A stretch of DNA of 63,711 bases, filler included, from Octopus bimaculoides (GCF_001194135.2; 5 parts of 4 records of this genome joined end to end with filler, not necessarily neighbours in it); one strand, 5' to 3'; shown: positions 39,786-52,770, counted from the whole stretch's first letter. Notes: a model not told the origin generated them from the letters alone. Made by a program: numbers and translations.

Positions 39786-40536
39786 TACTTCCGGTTGGAA
39801 GGTTAGAACAGCAATGGAAGCTTGACAGGTATTTTTGTTATCAAAACTACTGTTTTTGTTGATTTACACTTTCATTTGCATTTCATTTTATCAGTCCTGA
39901 AGGGATCAAAAGCTGAGTCAACGACGGTGGAATTTGAACTCAGAACACAGTGACCTGGAGAAAGTACTGCAATGTATTTTGTGAAACGCTTTGATTACTC
40001 AAGTAATAAATTGACCACAAATGGGAAGGAGATCACCGTGACTGTCTAGGAGAGGTAGAGAATGAGGTGCAAGGAAAAAGGGGACAAGAGAGATGGAGTT
40101 TAAATGAGAGGCTATTAGACCATAGAAATTGTTACCTGGCTAAAGATCAAACACTAAATGGCAATATGGATGAGTGACCCTAATGACCACAAGTGGTTTG
40201 GCATTACTAATGACCACAGATTCATCCTCAATATAATATTGATTTCAAATTTTTCCACAAGGCCAGCAATTTCAGGGGAGAAGGTAAGTTGATTACATCA
40301 ACCCCATTGCTCATCTTGTACTTAGTTTATTGATCCCAAAAAGGTGGAAGGCAGAGTTAACCTCAGCAAAATTTGAACTCAGAACATAAAGACAGACAAG
40401 TATTTTACCTGGATTCTGCCAGCTTGCCAACCTCATTCACAGTAATGATTGTGAACTAACAATTCCTTGTAATTAACAAAAATTATAATTAACTTATCAA
40501 CACTTTTAAAACATTCTTCTTTTTTTTATCTCTTAG

Positions 40537-40802
40537 GTAAGAGTTCATATTTGATTAGGGAATGTTCAGATGGAGAAACTTTCACCTTCAATAGGAACTT
40601 GGATAATTTCCAGAAATTAAAATACCTTAATCCTGAAAAAAACACAACACTATGTACCTATCGCAATGGCATATTGTGTTTGACAACATGTGAAACAGAT
40701 TTTTGCAATGGTCCTCAAAGTATGGCTGTGATACATTCACACATACCTGCATTGGTCATTACCTTAGCAATAGGCGTTTTGGCTTTGTTGCCGTCATACT
40801 AA
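40537..40802 (+). CDS. Ly6/quiver-like gene B, coding exon 3 (Cys6-Cys10 plus GPI-type signal)
   Basis: Polypyrimidine tract then tcttAG at 40535-40536. Reads SKSSYLIRECSDGETFTFNRNLDNFQKLKYLNPEKNTTLCTYRNGILCLTTCETDFCNGPQSMAVIHSHIPALVITLAIGVLALLPSY*. Spliced CDS is 498 nt = 165 aa plus stop, with 10 mature Cys. Confidence 0.9.
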
Positions 40803-41302
40803 AGGAAAATATTCAAANNNNNNNNNNNNNNNNNNNNNNNNNNNNNNNNNNNNNNNNNNNNNNNNNNNNNNNNNNNNNNNNNNNNNNNNNNNNNNNNNNN
40901 NNNNNNNNNNNNNNNNNNNNNNNNNNNNNNNNNNNNNNNNNNNNNNNNNNNNNNNNNNNNNNNNNNNNTTTAATATTTTTTACATATTGAACTTATTTTA
41001 TGCATGACTTTTGGTCTACCCTGTACACGCATGTGTGTGTATGCATCATCTGCTTCGTTTGATGCTTTATGTCTGCTTTCCATGCTGGTATGAGTTGGAG
41101 GGTTCGATATGAGCCAACAGGTTTTGGAAACCATGTCTTATTCCAACATCTTAGTTTTGGCATGTTTCTATGGCTACATGACCGACTTAACACTGAAAAT
41201 TATACATATATACATACATACATATGTACTCATACACATTTACATAGATGTTTATATATGTGTCGATACATATACATGTTTGTCAACTGGTAATCTCTTA
41301 AC

Positions 41303-41510
41303 CAAAAATTAAAATACCTTAATCCGGAAAAAAACACAACACTATGTACCTTTTACAATGGCGTATTGTGTTTGACAACATGTGAAACAGATTTTTGCAA
41401 TGGTCCTCTAAGTATGGCTGTGATACATTCACACATACCTGCATTGGTCATTACCTTAGCAATAGGCGTTTTGGCTTTGTTGCCGTCATACTAAAGGAAA
41501 ATATTCAAAT
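41303..41510 (+). pseudogene. 5'-truncated diverged duplicate of gene B exon 3
   Basis: 192 nt colinear with 40611-40802 (7 substitutions) plus shared start of the 3' UTR. No AG acceptor at its 5' edge and an in-frame TAA at 41291. Confidence 0.75.
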
Positions 41511-42929
41511 TAATTTGATCTTTTTTTTTAAATATTTTTTACATTTTTTGTTGTTGTTTCTGAGGTTTTTTTTTTTCTGAGCCATTGTGAATAATGCAGC
41601 AGCATTTATCAAGATTGCAGTTATATGTGATGTCTGTTAGCAGCAACCGATTCATATGAGAGTGTCGTGTCTGTTAGCAACAACTTGTATTCTGTAAATT
41701 AGCAACAACTGGAGATGGTGTAAGGTTGTGGGGAAGGAAAGCGAGTCACAGCACTCATTCATAATGAGCACTCATTCAGCCCCATCTCAAAATGGAAATG
41801 TATGATGGGGCTGGGTAGGATTTTAGGGGTCCAAGAGTGAGTCACAGCGCTTACTCAAAACGCATTTTGAATACAGACACTATTGAAATATACTAATTTT
41901 ATTGATATTGTAAAAAGAAATATGTAAACAACTAGTAATACTGTAATATATATATATATATATCTAAGATTTTCTAACAAAAGTAAAAATAAACTGGTGG
42001 CATCCCATATTAAGAATATATATGTCATATGAAAGATTCACAGTATGGTTGAAAACTTTTACTCACTAAACAGACAATGTTGGAATTTATACAAATAGTA
42101 ACCTATTGAACCTAATTTCTGTTCTTCACCATATTGTTACAGTGAACTACATACATATCATATTTATATATATATATATATATATATATGCATACAAGTG
42201 CGTGTAAGTAAAAATTAAAATTTAAACTTTGCATGTTGGGTATGTCTCTTCACTAGTAGTAAGCAGACAAAGCATGTTCCTAACACCAACCACTCAGCAG
42301 AATAGACTTTTTACTTTGGTGGAAGATTTTAATTCAGAACTTTTGAAAACAAGACATTTGTACTACAGAGCCAGAGGTGGTTTCAGCTGGGTTGGTATCA
42401 AAAGGGTTGATGACCACTATAGTTCAATATGTAAATAAAACCATTTTTAACTGATATAAAACGTTTTTTATTATGGTCCAAATTTGCAAATTTCCTTTCT
42501 CACTTTCTCTCTCTCCTTCACTCTATGTGCATGTCGTGTGTGTGTGTTTGTATATGTGTCTATGTGCCTGTACTCACATGAGTGCATGTGTGAGTATTTT
42601 TTTTTTTTTACCACGGTTAAGATATAAACAAGAGTGAGAAAAGTGAAAAACAAAAACACAGCTTTGGAACAAAATACCTTGTGGTATTTGTCTTGCCTGA
42701 AATCTACAGACGATCCCTTGAGACTCTCACCAACATCAAATGCAGTCAACCAGAGATTGATCCATGGGGAAACCCATGACTATCAACACAAACTGTGATA
42801 AAAATAAAACAATATTATCAGAATTAAAAACAAATGAGTTGATCTTATTGTTGTTGCTACTGCTGCTGTTTTTCTTTTGTTGTTGTTGTGGTTGTTGTTG
42901 TTGCTGTTGTGGTTGTCATTGTTTTCGTT

Positions 42930-43010
42930 GTTTAGCTCCAACCAGTTGAAACTGAGCAGATCTCTTCCTGTCAGGAACATTCTGTTGCCACTACAGGTGA
43001 TCGAACCCAG
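42930..43010 (-). mobile_element. Decayed SINE-like fragment ending gctaaacaac(aac)n
   Basis: B-box-like cctgggttcgatcacc; related tails at about 5340-5515 and 30880-31030. Confidence 0.45.
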
Positions 43011-43516
43011 GCGCACAAGTGTAAGAATAAGAAAATGTATGGAGTTCCTGGCAGTAGATGCCAAATGGAAAAAAATATTAAATGTGTAACAAAGTAAAAA
43101 CAAAAAAAAAATTCAAAAATGGGAGGTGGAGTGATATAAAAAGTATTGCTATTAAAAGAAATAAAATGACACTCGTTAAGAAAAAAAGAAAAACTTAAAA
43201 GGGAGATGTTGTGGAGATAATAGTAATAATAATGGTGTACCCCCTCCTACGTGATGGGTCAATATAAATAAGATGACATCGGTCAGTATAAAGAGAAAGT
43301 ACATAGCAGATGGTCGTAAACTGTCATGGTGTTACTTATCTTACTAACTATACTGCTATACCAGAGTAGGCATTATAACAGTCTGACATAAGGATTACAA
43401 CAGTTGGATGAATAAAGATATATAGATATATGGACATAATATACACGTATGTATACGTGCATGTGTGTGTGTATGTATGTATGTGCATATGTATGCAAAC
43501 CAAATCCAAAAATGTG

Positions 43517-44477
43517 GGCCTCACCGAGGCGATGACTACGGACCGAGACCTTTGGAAATGGGCTGTGCGTGAGAAGACCCGGCAAGTCAAGTAAGATCGT
43601 TGCCAGTGCCCCTGGACTGGTTCTTGTGCGGGTGGCACATGAGATGCACCATTTTGAGCGTGGCCGTTGCCAGTACCGCCTGACTGGCTCCTGTAGGATT
43701 TTCGAGCGAGATCGTTGCCAGTGCCCCTGGACTGGCTTGTGCGGGTGGCACATAAAAGACACCATTTCGAGCGTGGCCGTTTTCGTGCGGGTGACACGTA
43801 AAAGCACCCACTACACTCTNNNNNNNNNNNNNNNNNNNNNNNNNNNNNNNNNNNNNNNNNNNNNNNNNNNNNNNNNNNNNNNNNNNNNNNNNNNNNNNNN
43901 NNNNNNNNNNNNNNNNNNNNNNNNNNNNNNNNNNNNNNNNNNNNNNNNNNNNNNNNNNNNNNNNNNNNNNNNNNNNNNNNNNNNNNNNNNNNNNNNNNNN
44001 NNNNNNNNNNNNNNNNNNNNNNNNNNNNNNNNNNNNNNNNNNNNNNNNNNNNNNNNNNNNNNNNNNNNNNNNNNNNNNNNNNNNNNNNNNNNNNNNNNNN
44101 NNNNNNNNNNNNNNNNNNNNNNNNNNNNNNNNNNNNNNNNNNNNNNNNNNNNNNNNNNNNNNNNNNNNNNNNNNNNNNNNNNNNNNNNNNNNNNNNNNNN
44201 NNNNNNNNNNNNNNNNNNNNNNNNNNNNNNNNNNNNNNNNNNNNNNNNNNNNNNNNNNNNNNNNNNNNNNNNNNNNNNNNNNNNNNNNNNNNNNNNNNNN
44301 NNNNNNNNNNNNNNNNNNNNNNNNNNNNNNNNNNNNNNNNNNNNNNNNNNNNNNNNNNNNNNNCTGCCAAATCAGATTGGAGCCTCGTGTAGCCATCTGG
44401 TTTCACCAGTCCTCAGTCAAATCGTCCAACCCATGCTAGCATGGAAAGCGGACGTTAAACAATGATGATGATGATGA

Positions 44478-44478
<1 letters not shown>
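43517..44478 (+). mobile_element. 5'-truncated RTE element: ORF end plus tandemly repeated 3' UTR units plus (GAT)n tail
   Basis: GLTEAMTTDRDLWKWAVREKTRQVK* (43517-43594) runs directly into the repeat that ends gcatggaaagcggacgttaaac-(gat)n; internal gap. Confidence 0.75.
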
Positions 44479-44531
<53 letters not shown>

Positions 44532-44554
44532 GTATGTACGTATGTAGGTGCAGG

Positions 44555-44867
44555 TATGGCTGTGTGGTTAAGAAGCTTGGTTTGCAAGCACATGGTTTCA
44601 GGTTCAATCCCACTGTAGAGTACATTGAGAAAGTATCTTCTCCTATGGCCAAATGCCAATCAATACCTTATGAGTGAATTTGTTCAATGGAAACTATATG
44701 TAAAGTCATAATGTATAAGTGTGTGTGCATGTATATCTGTTTGTGTGTATGTGTATGTGATATGTGTGTGTGTGGGTGTGTGGGGGGGGTGCATGTATGC
44801 ATGTGTATGTAGTATATGTGTGTGTGTGTGGAGGTATTTATGTGTATGCGGTATATGTGTGTGTGTA

Positions 44868-44904
<37 letters not shown>

Positions 44905-45101
44905 ATATCTGTATGGAGATGGGGGTATATGAGGTGAGGGGGCGAGTTTTTGTGCTTTTTTCCCCTCACCAACATTTGATAATCAATGTTAGTTTGCTTG
45001 CATCACTGTAACTTAGCAATTTGGCAAAAGAGACTGAAAGATAAGTACCAGACCTTCAATAAAACAAAAAAATCAAGTCCTGGGTTCGATTTCTTCAACT
45101 A
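44555..45101 (+). mobile_element. SINE family A copy with an expanded internal (TG) tract
   Basis: Family A head at 44555; tail truncated by the assembly join. Confidence 0.75.
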
Positions 45102-45748
45102 NNNNNNNNNNNNNNNNNNNNNNNNNNNNNNNNNNNNNNNNNNNNTTAATTAATTAANNNNNNNNNNNNNNNNNNNNNNNNNNNNNNNNNNNNNNNNNNN
45201 NTATATACTTGCATGTATGCATGTATGCATGTATACATTTACGTATGGTGTTCTTTATCTCAGTTCTTTCCATTTGGCTACCAGCTAGAATGTTATTAGG
45301 GTAGAACGTTTTAACGTATCTTCCATGCTCTGCTTTCTTTTGTTTCGACTTCAGTGTGTTTCAATTACCACATTCTACATGATAGCTAGCCATTTACTAA
45401 TAACAGTTAAAGAAATACTGTTGAAAGAAAAGACAGGGAGAGAGAGAAAAAATACCAACTGAAAAAGAATAGATAAAAATATAATAACAAACAAATGAGC
45501 AAAAAAAAGAGAAAAAAAATGAAGTAAACGCATTACTTAAGACAAAATATCTACAAAGACAATGTTTGAACAGTTGAAAACAAGAAAACGCTTATCCATT
45601 TTAGATAAGACGAAAAATAAGATGTAAACAAGTTATCTGATACCCTATGTTGTATTATTAATATTCTGACAAGTTTTCTCTCTTCTTTCCATTGGAAATC
45701 GATGAAATCCCTAAAGAGATGAAACAAGGTGAAAGAAAGGAAAGGAAA

Positions 45749-45868
45749 GAAGAAGAAGAAGAAGAAGAAGAAGAAGAAGAAGAAGAAGAAGAAGAAGAAG
45801 AAGAAGAAGAAGAAGAAGAAGAAGAAGAAGAAGAAGAAGAAGAAGAAGAAGAAGAAGAAGAAGAAGAA
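45749..45868. repeat. Perfect (GAA)40 microsatellite
   Basis: Direct reading. Many other SSRs occur, e.g. (CT)n 1-48, (ATCT)n 10170-10260, (AAT)n 10378-10455, (CA)n 12428-12513, (ATT)n 24583-24690, (GATA)n 34240-34388, 54660-54727 and 57058-57130, and (TTC)/(TCC) 60170-60520. Confidence 0.95.
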
Positions 45869-47149
45869 ATTCTTAAGAAAACATCTTCTTTACCCACCAC
45901 AACAAAAGAAAGACGCAACATTTTGTTATTGTTATTATTATTTTTATTTTTATTACATTTTCTTCTTCTGAAAGCTAGAAGAGTGATAAACACCTATATT
46001 ACCAATTTCAAAAGCAATAAATAAGTAAATAAATAAATAATCGTATAATGTTTTGTTGTTGTTGCTTTAAAAAAATATATCAGAATTAACACGAATGAGT
46101 AAGGAAAAAAAAGAGCAATGAATTGTAAATATTATTAATATAATAGAATAAAAAAAATGTTGGCAATAAACGAGGAAGTTAATACATGAGACACAGTCGT
46201 GAACATGTTATATAGATGGTGGTGTTGTAAATAGAAAGTTAGGAGACTAAAATAATTTTGTAAACAATATTGATTTTATACTTTGGCACAAGGCCGTTGA
46301 TTCAGCCAGTAGAGATACTGAGCCGATGGAATCGACCAGATTGAACAACTGGGAGAGTCTCGAGTTAACACAAAAATATTGTTATGGTCCCTCGACCAGT
46401 TAGATATAGCTGCTAAATGCTCCATAAATTAGACTGATCTTTTTTTTTTTCGAGTTTTAAGACGCGTAATGATAGCTGGCCGTTTACTATGGTGTATAAG
46501 TGATCGAGATCTCGATAGTCTCCTTGAATAGGGCGTCGGTCCGTTGCAGGTTGAAGGCCAGTGATTATGAAGGAAGGGTATACGTCGATTACATTGACAC
46601 CAGTACTTGACTGGTTATAATTTTAGAGACCCCAGAGAAGATGAAAGATTAACCTATTTCTCAGTCGAAACAGATATTGTTCGCCTTAGCACAAAACATC
46701 CGGGGTTATTCACTGGTTAGTCACCGAGGAGAACAAACAAGGCCGAAACAGAATGTCATACGATCTGCAGATGATAATCTGAGAGAGATTCTGTTATTTT
46801 CAATCACAAGTTTATTTGAGAAGTTTCTCTGAAAAGAAATATTACACATAGCGTGTAACATGTTTGTATATACATCATTATCATCATCATGTTAATAATA
46901 ATAATGATAATAATAATAATAATAACAATTTCTACTAAAGGCACAAAGACTGAAACTTGGAGGAGATGTTAGTTTATTTCATGGACTGCAGTACTCAACT
47001 GGTAGTTAATTTATCGGCCCTGAATGAATGAAAGGCAAAGTCGACCTCGGTGAGGTTTGAACTCAGAACGTAGCGACGGGCGAAATACTTGGTAGTATTT
47101 CGTCCGCCGCGCTAACGATTCTGCTAGCTCACCGCCTTAAATAATGATA

Positions 47150-47560
47150 TAATAATAGTGAATTTATGTATAATACCCAGGATGAATACCATGATGGAAG
47201 AGCAGCAACTGCAGTTGCGAAGAACGTGAAATTAAAGGTAAAGCAAAATGCAATTGAACAGTTGGGGAAAAAAACCTCTGCATTGCAAATATGTGGGCCA
47301 TAGCAAGCAAACTGATGTAGACCAGAAGCACACCCATCATTGGCTACGGAGCTCAGGGCTAAAGGCAGAGAGTGAAGGCTTTATCTTGGCTGCCCAAAAT
47401 CAGAGCCTATTGACACGAAACTATCAAGCCAATGTGATGAAAAATTGTGTAGACTCAAAGAGCCGATACTGCAATGATGGGATTGAAACAGAAGACAACA
47501 TAATTTCTGGATATAAGGTTTTAGCACCTGTAGAGTACAAATCAAGACATGACAGAGTTG
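47150..47560 (+). mobile_element. R4/Dong-like post-RT/CCHC-region fragment
   Basis: WLRSSGLKAESEGFILAAQNQSLLTRNYQ...RYCNDGIETEDNIISGYKVLAPVEYKSRHDRV. Confidence 0.8.
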
Positions 47561-47907
47561 ATCCGTATCTTACCCTGCTTCTTACCTCACAGCCATGCCT
47601 TATGAAATATATATATAATTAGGATACTAAAATGTACCAAATTTGTTTGTCCATGTCTGTGTGATGATATTTACTAGTGAATGACTTACAAGTAGAAAAA
47701 ATAAGGGAAGATAATTGGTTATCGTTATTATTCTTATTGTTGTGGGCAAGGGAGGTAACTGTTCAGCTTTTGATAAGGAGAGGGGAATATATATGTACAC
47801 TTAAAGAAAAAGGGTTTCGAAAATCTTGTTTAGTGAGGCGCTTTATGTACAGTGATGTAATCGTGAATTGAAATATGTAAAAAGATAAAAGTTTGTTATG
47901 CGTGCAT

Positions 47908-48141
47908 ATTAAGACGTGTTCTGTATTTTTCAATGAAAAAAGTTTCTTTATTTAAACGTTCTTGTGATGAAACTGTGTCTTTGCACTAGCAGAAGGGGAA
48001 GACTGTGAAACTTTGTTTGATGTTATCTGCACATTTTTCTATATGTTCACTGAGAGGAATTTTCCTGTATTGCGGGAAGCGGATTTGCTCCTTATGTAGA
48101 GTGTTTCTCCGTCTCAAGGTCGTACTCGTCTGTCCAATATA
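47908..48141 (-). mobile_element. Penelope-like GIY-YIG endonuclease remnant (absent from the ORF track)
   Basis: YIGQTSTTLRRRNTLHKEQIRFPQYRKIPLSEHIEKC...FTVFPFC*...ERLNKETFFIEKYRTRLN. Confidence 0.75.
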
Positions 48142-48373
48142 TAATTAGGGTACTAAGAAGCAACAGATTTTGCTAAAAATAAGAGTTATAAAAACTCTGA
48201 AACCACAGTGAATGTACCAGTATTGTTACGAGTAGATTTGGCTGAAGAAAATCAACTGCCATTCCTTATGCAATATTGCAGAGATACGACACAATTGCTA
48301 TTCATGGCTGCAAAAATTTAGTGTTGATTACTGCGGCCGCTATTTTTAGCAAAGCTGGTGCTTCCTAGTACAC

Positions 48374-48437
<64 letters not shown>

Positions 48438-49534
48438 NNNNNNNNNNNNNNNNNNNNNNNNNNNNNNNNNNNNNNNNNNNNNNNNNNNNNNNNNNNNNNN
48501 NNNNNNNNNNNNNNNNNNNNNNNNNNNNNNNNNNNNNNNNNNNNNNNNNNNNNNNNNNNNNNNNNNNNNNNNNNNNNNNNNNNNNNNNNNNNNNNNNNNN
48601 NNNNNNNNNNNNNNNNNNNNNNNNNNNNNNNNNNNNNNNNNNNNNNNNNNNNNNNNNNNNNNNNNNNNNNNNNNNNNNNNNNNNNNNNNNNNNNNNNNNN
48701 NNNNNNNNNNNNNNNNNNNNNNNNNNNNNNNNNNNNNNNNNNNNNNNNNNNNNNNNNNNNNNNNNNNNNNNNNNNNNNNNNNNNNNNNNNNNNNNNNNNN
48801 NNNNNNNNNNNNNNNNNNNNNNNNNNNNNNNNNNNNNNNNNNNNNNNNNNNNNNNNNNNNNNNNNNNNNNNNNNNNNNNNNNNNNNNNNNNNNNNNNNNN
48901 NNNNNNNNNNNNNNNNNNNNNNNNNNNNNNNNNNNNNNNNNNNNNNNNNNNNNNNNNNNNNNNNNNNNNNNNNNNNNNNNNNNNNNNNNNNNNNNNNNNN
49001 NNNNNNNNNNNNNNNNNNNNNNNNNNNNNNNNNNNNNNNNNNNNNNNNNNNNNNNNNNNNNNNNNNNNNNNNNNNNNNNNNNNNNNNNNNNNNNNNNNNN
49101 NNNNNNNNNNNNNNNNNNNNNNNNNNNNNNNNNNNNNNNNNNNNNNNNNNNNNNNNNNNNNNNNNNNNNNNNNNNNNNNNNNNNNNNNNNNNNNNNNNNN
49201 NNNNNNNNNNNNNNNNNNNNNNNNNNNNNNNNNNNNNNNNNNNNNNNNNNNNNNNNNNNNNNNNNNNNNNNNNNNNNNAAGGGGAGGAGGTAGAAGAGGA
49301 GGAAGAAGTGGAGGAGGGAGAAGAGGAGGGGGTAGAAGAGGAGGAAGAAGAGGAGGAAGAAGAGGAAGAAGAGGAGGAAGAAGAGGAGGAAGAAGAGGAG
49401 GAAGAAGAGGAGGAGGTGGACGGGGAGAAGCAGCAGTGGCTGTAGTGATAGTGATGATGGTTTTGGTGGTGGTGGTAGTGATGGTGGTGATAATGGTGTT
49501 CTTGGTAGTAGTATTTGTTGTAGTTATGGTACTA

Positions 49535-49596
<62 letters not shown>

Positions 49597-49986
49597 TGTT
49601 GTTGTTGTCGTACAACGGCGCCTGCACTGCACCGCACCGTACTCGGGAAAAGCGCTGATGCTTGCCTTGGAACGGTGGTTTAAGTCGTTTTATTCAACAG
49701 ATACCGGAAGCTGTAACATCCATCCATATCTTTTAATCATGCTGCCTTGATGCATCCATAGAAAGCAGAGGTTCAAAGGCTACTGTCCATTATGGCCGGA
49801 ACTTCGTGCTAAGGTCAGTTCTTTATGAAGTGCTAACAAGCTTATCGCTGTTTAATGAGTATGTCCGGTAAATTCTGCCTTTGACAAATTAATCCAACCC
49901 CTTTAGCTTCAGTAAAATCCTTCACCCTTTCGTGCGTTTACGATTTTACTGATCGAATATTCCAACAAGTTCTAGTTTAATCGTTG

Positions 49987-50044
<58 letters not shown>

Positions 50045-50077
50045 GCACTTGCTAATAGGCAGTATCGCTTTCTAATA

Positions 50078-50132
<55 letters not shown>

Positions 50133-50654
50133 CCCTTCATCTCCTTGTCCATCTATTTGTCGGTCTCTCTTTCTCTCTCTCTCTCTCTCCATTCCCACCT
50201 CCAATTTTCGCCGCTCATCTTTCCTTATTATCTATCTGTTCATCTCTAATATTACTCTCTTCTATTCTATGTATTTTACTCCCATTGATCTATCTATGTA
50301 TGTTATCTGTGTGTCTGCACATTTATCTATTTATTTATCTCACTCACAATCGTTACTCTCTCGCTCTTCGCTTTCTCATTCCATCCATTCAACTCCTTCT
50401 GTGTGTATGTAAGTGTAGGTATATATGTGTGTGTCTCTGGACGGCATTTCACTTACACATTCAAACGCACAAGCATACATATATGCATGTATATACATAT
50501 ATATGAATACTTATACACACACACACACAGAGAAAAGATAAACGAGAGGGAAACGCGTTTCGTTACAAATCTTAATGTTTTGATCTTTCAATCATCTCAA
50601 AACATACCTAACAAATATTGACGTGGGTGTATATGTATATATATATACATACAA

Positions 50655-50723
<69 letters not shown>

Positions 50724-51104
50724 CGTGTGTGTGTGTGTGTGTATGTGTGTATGCATATATATGCATATATCCATGTATGTATGTATGTATGTATATATGT
50801 ACTATATCTTGAGTTATACAAAACTAAATTTGCTAAATTACTATTCTCATTATTATTACTATTATTAGCAACCTCTCACGCCGAGAAAATGCTTAACGGA
50901 TTTCGTCTCGCTTTACGTTCTGATTTCAAATTCCGCCGGTGTCGACTTTGCATTTCATTCTTTCGGGGTCGATAAATTAAGTACCAGTAATCGACTGGTC
51001 CCTTCCCCACCAAATTTCAGGTCTTGTCTCTTCAGTAGAAATGTATTATTAGCAACCTCTCGAGAGGTACCGGTATGTGTGTTGGTGTGTGTGTGTGGAG
51101 GGAG

Positions 51105-51290
51105 TAAGTCTACGGGACGCCGCTTGCCTGACCGGTTCGCGGAACACCTCCGAGACATCCGACTCGACAATGACACTCTAGTCTCGCGTCATTTCCGCTC
51201 TACCGGTCACTCTTTGCAACACCTGTCTGTGTTTGGATTGTCCTTGCACAGGGGCCATCCGGACTCCCGTCTTCATCGGGGGGTGGGAGG
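51105..51290 (+). mobile_element. Penelope-like GIY-YIG endonuclease fragment
   Basis: TGRRLPDRFAEHLRDIRLDNDTLVSRHFRSTGHS. Confidence 0.75.
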
Positions 51291-51305
51291 GCATCCGTCA
51301 TTTCA

Positions 51306-51339
<34 letters not shown>

Positions 51340-51399
51340 GAAGCCAGCGGGATGGCATCATTCGAAAGCTAAGTCGGGGCAAAGCGTATTGTGACCAGC

Positions 51400-52072
51400 G
51401 ATGTATAATAACATCCGATAGTCTGGTTGATTATCTTTACACCAGTGGTTGGAGGGAAGGTGTGTAGCGTGTGGTCGTCGCATTGACCATAACAAAGAAA
51501 GTTGATCAGAGATGCTGCATCAGATTTTGCCAAAAGCTTGACGATACCTGCTCAGAGGTCTACGCAAAGTTTTCAAAGCATTTTCATCGTCTTCGACATA
51601 ATCAAAGAAATCTTGTGCAACTAAACACAGAGTGTCGTCTTGGTCAGCTGAATACAGTTTTGGCATACGTCTCATACCCAAATCTTCAGTGATAATGGAC
51701 TGAGCAGAACCGTAAATAATCTGAACATCCTCTGATAACTTACGGATTATAATTTGACCATTTTATCTCAAGGCTGCACTGGGATGTTTTTCTCACTTCT
51801 GCTGGTCGCGGGTCTTCCAGAACGTTCGTCCATATCGACATCATTTCAGTTCGTCCATTCTTCTCATACATTTTCTGCTACTTTGTGTAGGCCTCTGAGC
51901 AGCTATCGTCAAGCTTCTGGCAAAATTTGATGCAGATTCATGGTGAATGCGACTATCATACGCTACACACCTTCCTTCCAAGTACTGCAGTAAACAGCCA
52001 AACGGCTTCACACTGCGTGCTTTAGTTTCGTTACTATGACAACAGTCCGGATACTTATTGATCACACATCAT
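51400..52072. mobile_element. Two inverted 5' fragments of a mariner element
   Basis: Plus copy about 51400-51575 encodes KVDQRCCIRFCQKLDDTCSEVYAK (mariner N-terminal HTH). Minus copy about 52072-51575 shares ggaaggtgtgtagcgt...ttttgcca-aagcttgacgata-ctgctcagagg and continues to DMDERSGRPATSRSEKNI. Confidence 0.75.
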
Positions 52073-52115
52073 ATATATACATATATATATGTATGTATGT
52101 ATGTATGCATGTGAG

Positions 52116-52172
<57 letters not shown>

Positions 52173-52704
52173 TTATGTATGTATTTATGTATGTATTTTT
52201 ATGTGTATAATGAAGACATGTAAGTATATATAAAAATATATACATATTCTCTTTTACATTGATTCTCCTTTGTCCACTCCCGCCCTTTTTATCATATGTC
52301 TTCTCCATCACCGCAAGAAAACTCTATATAGCTGTATATATATATAGATATGAAAACCCCTCTCATTTTTCTTGCCTGAAGATCCTGTACACCGACAGGT
52401 GAAACTCCATGTAGCAAGGGACCGATTCGACCAAAATAAAATATATCATTAATCTCTACTGTCGTTTTGTGTGTTCTTGTATCAGACAGTTTACACTAAG
52501 AGTATACATGTATATATATAAGGCAAATGGAGTTGTGTGTTTATGTAACTGTTTACTGTCCATCTGCTAAACTGTCTCTGTCTGTCTGCTTATATCACTG
52601 TTTAAATACATTATTTATCACCTGCATATATCATTTCTTACGATCAATTCTCAGTTGTTTTCACTTCCTACCTTCCTCACCCATTCCCTCTCTTTCACTC
52701 TCTA

Positions 52705-52770
<66 letters not shown>

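Noticed and set aside
42678-42792. Minus-strand exon-like segment with acceptor and donor (CVDSHG... or SWVSPWINLWLTAF...)
   Set aside because: Stops in all three frames from the better acceptor; no homology recognised and no partner exons found.
42936-43094. Cys-containing frame LQPVETEQISSCQEH...GSRCQMEKNIKCVTK after a TTTAG
   Set aside because: The opposite strand has a tRNA B-box and a gctaaacaac(aac)n tail, so a decayed SINE explains it better. The Cys spacing is not Ly6-like.
45245-45301. Signal-peptide-like MVFFISVLSIWLPARMLLG as a possible third Ly6 paralog
   Set aside because: Weak phase-2 donor and no CxxC exon found downstream.
45692-46024. Poly-Glu ORF, and similar poly-I/L/Y/HT/CV ORFs elsewhere
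   Set aside because: Translations of (GAA)n, (ATT)n and (CA)n tracts with no other coding signal.
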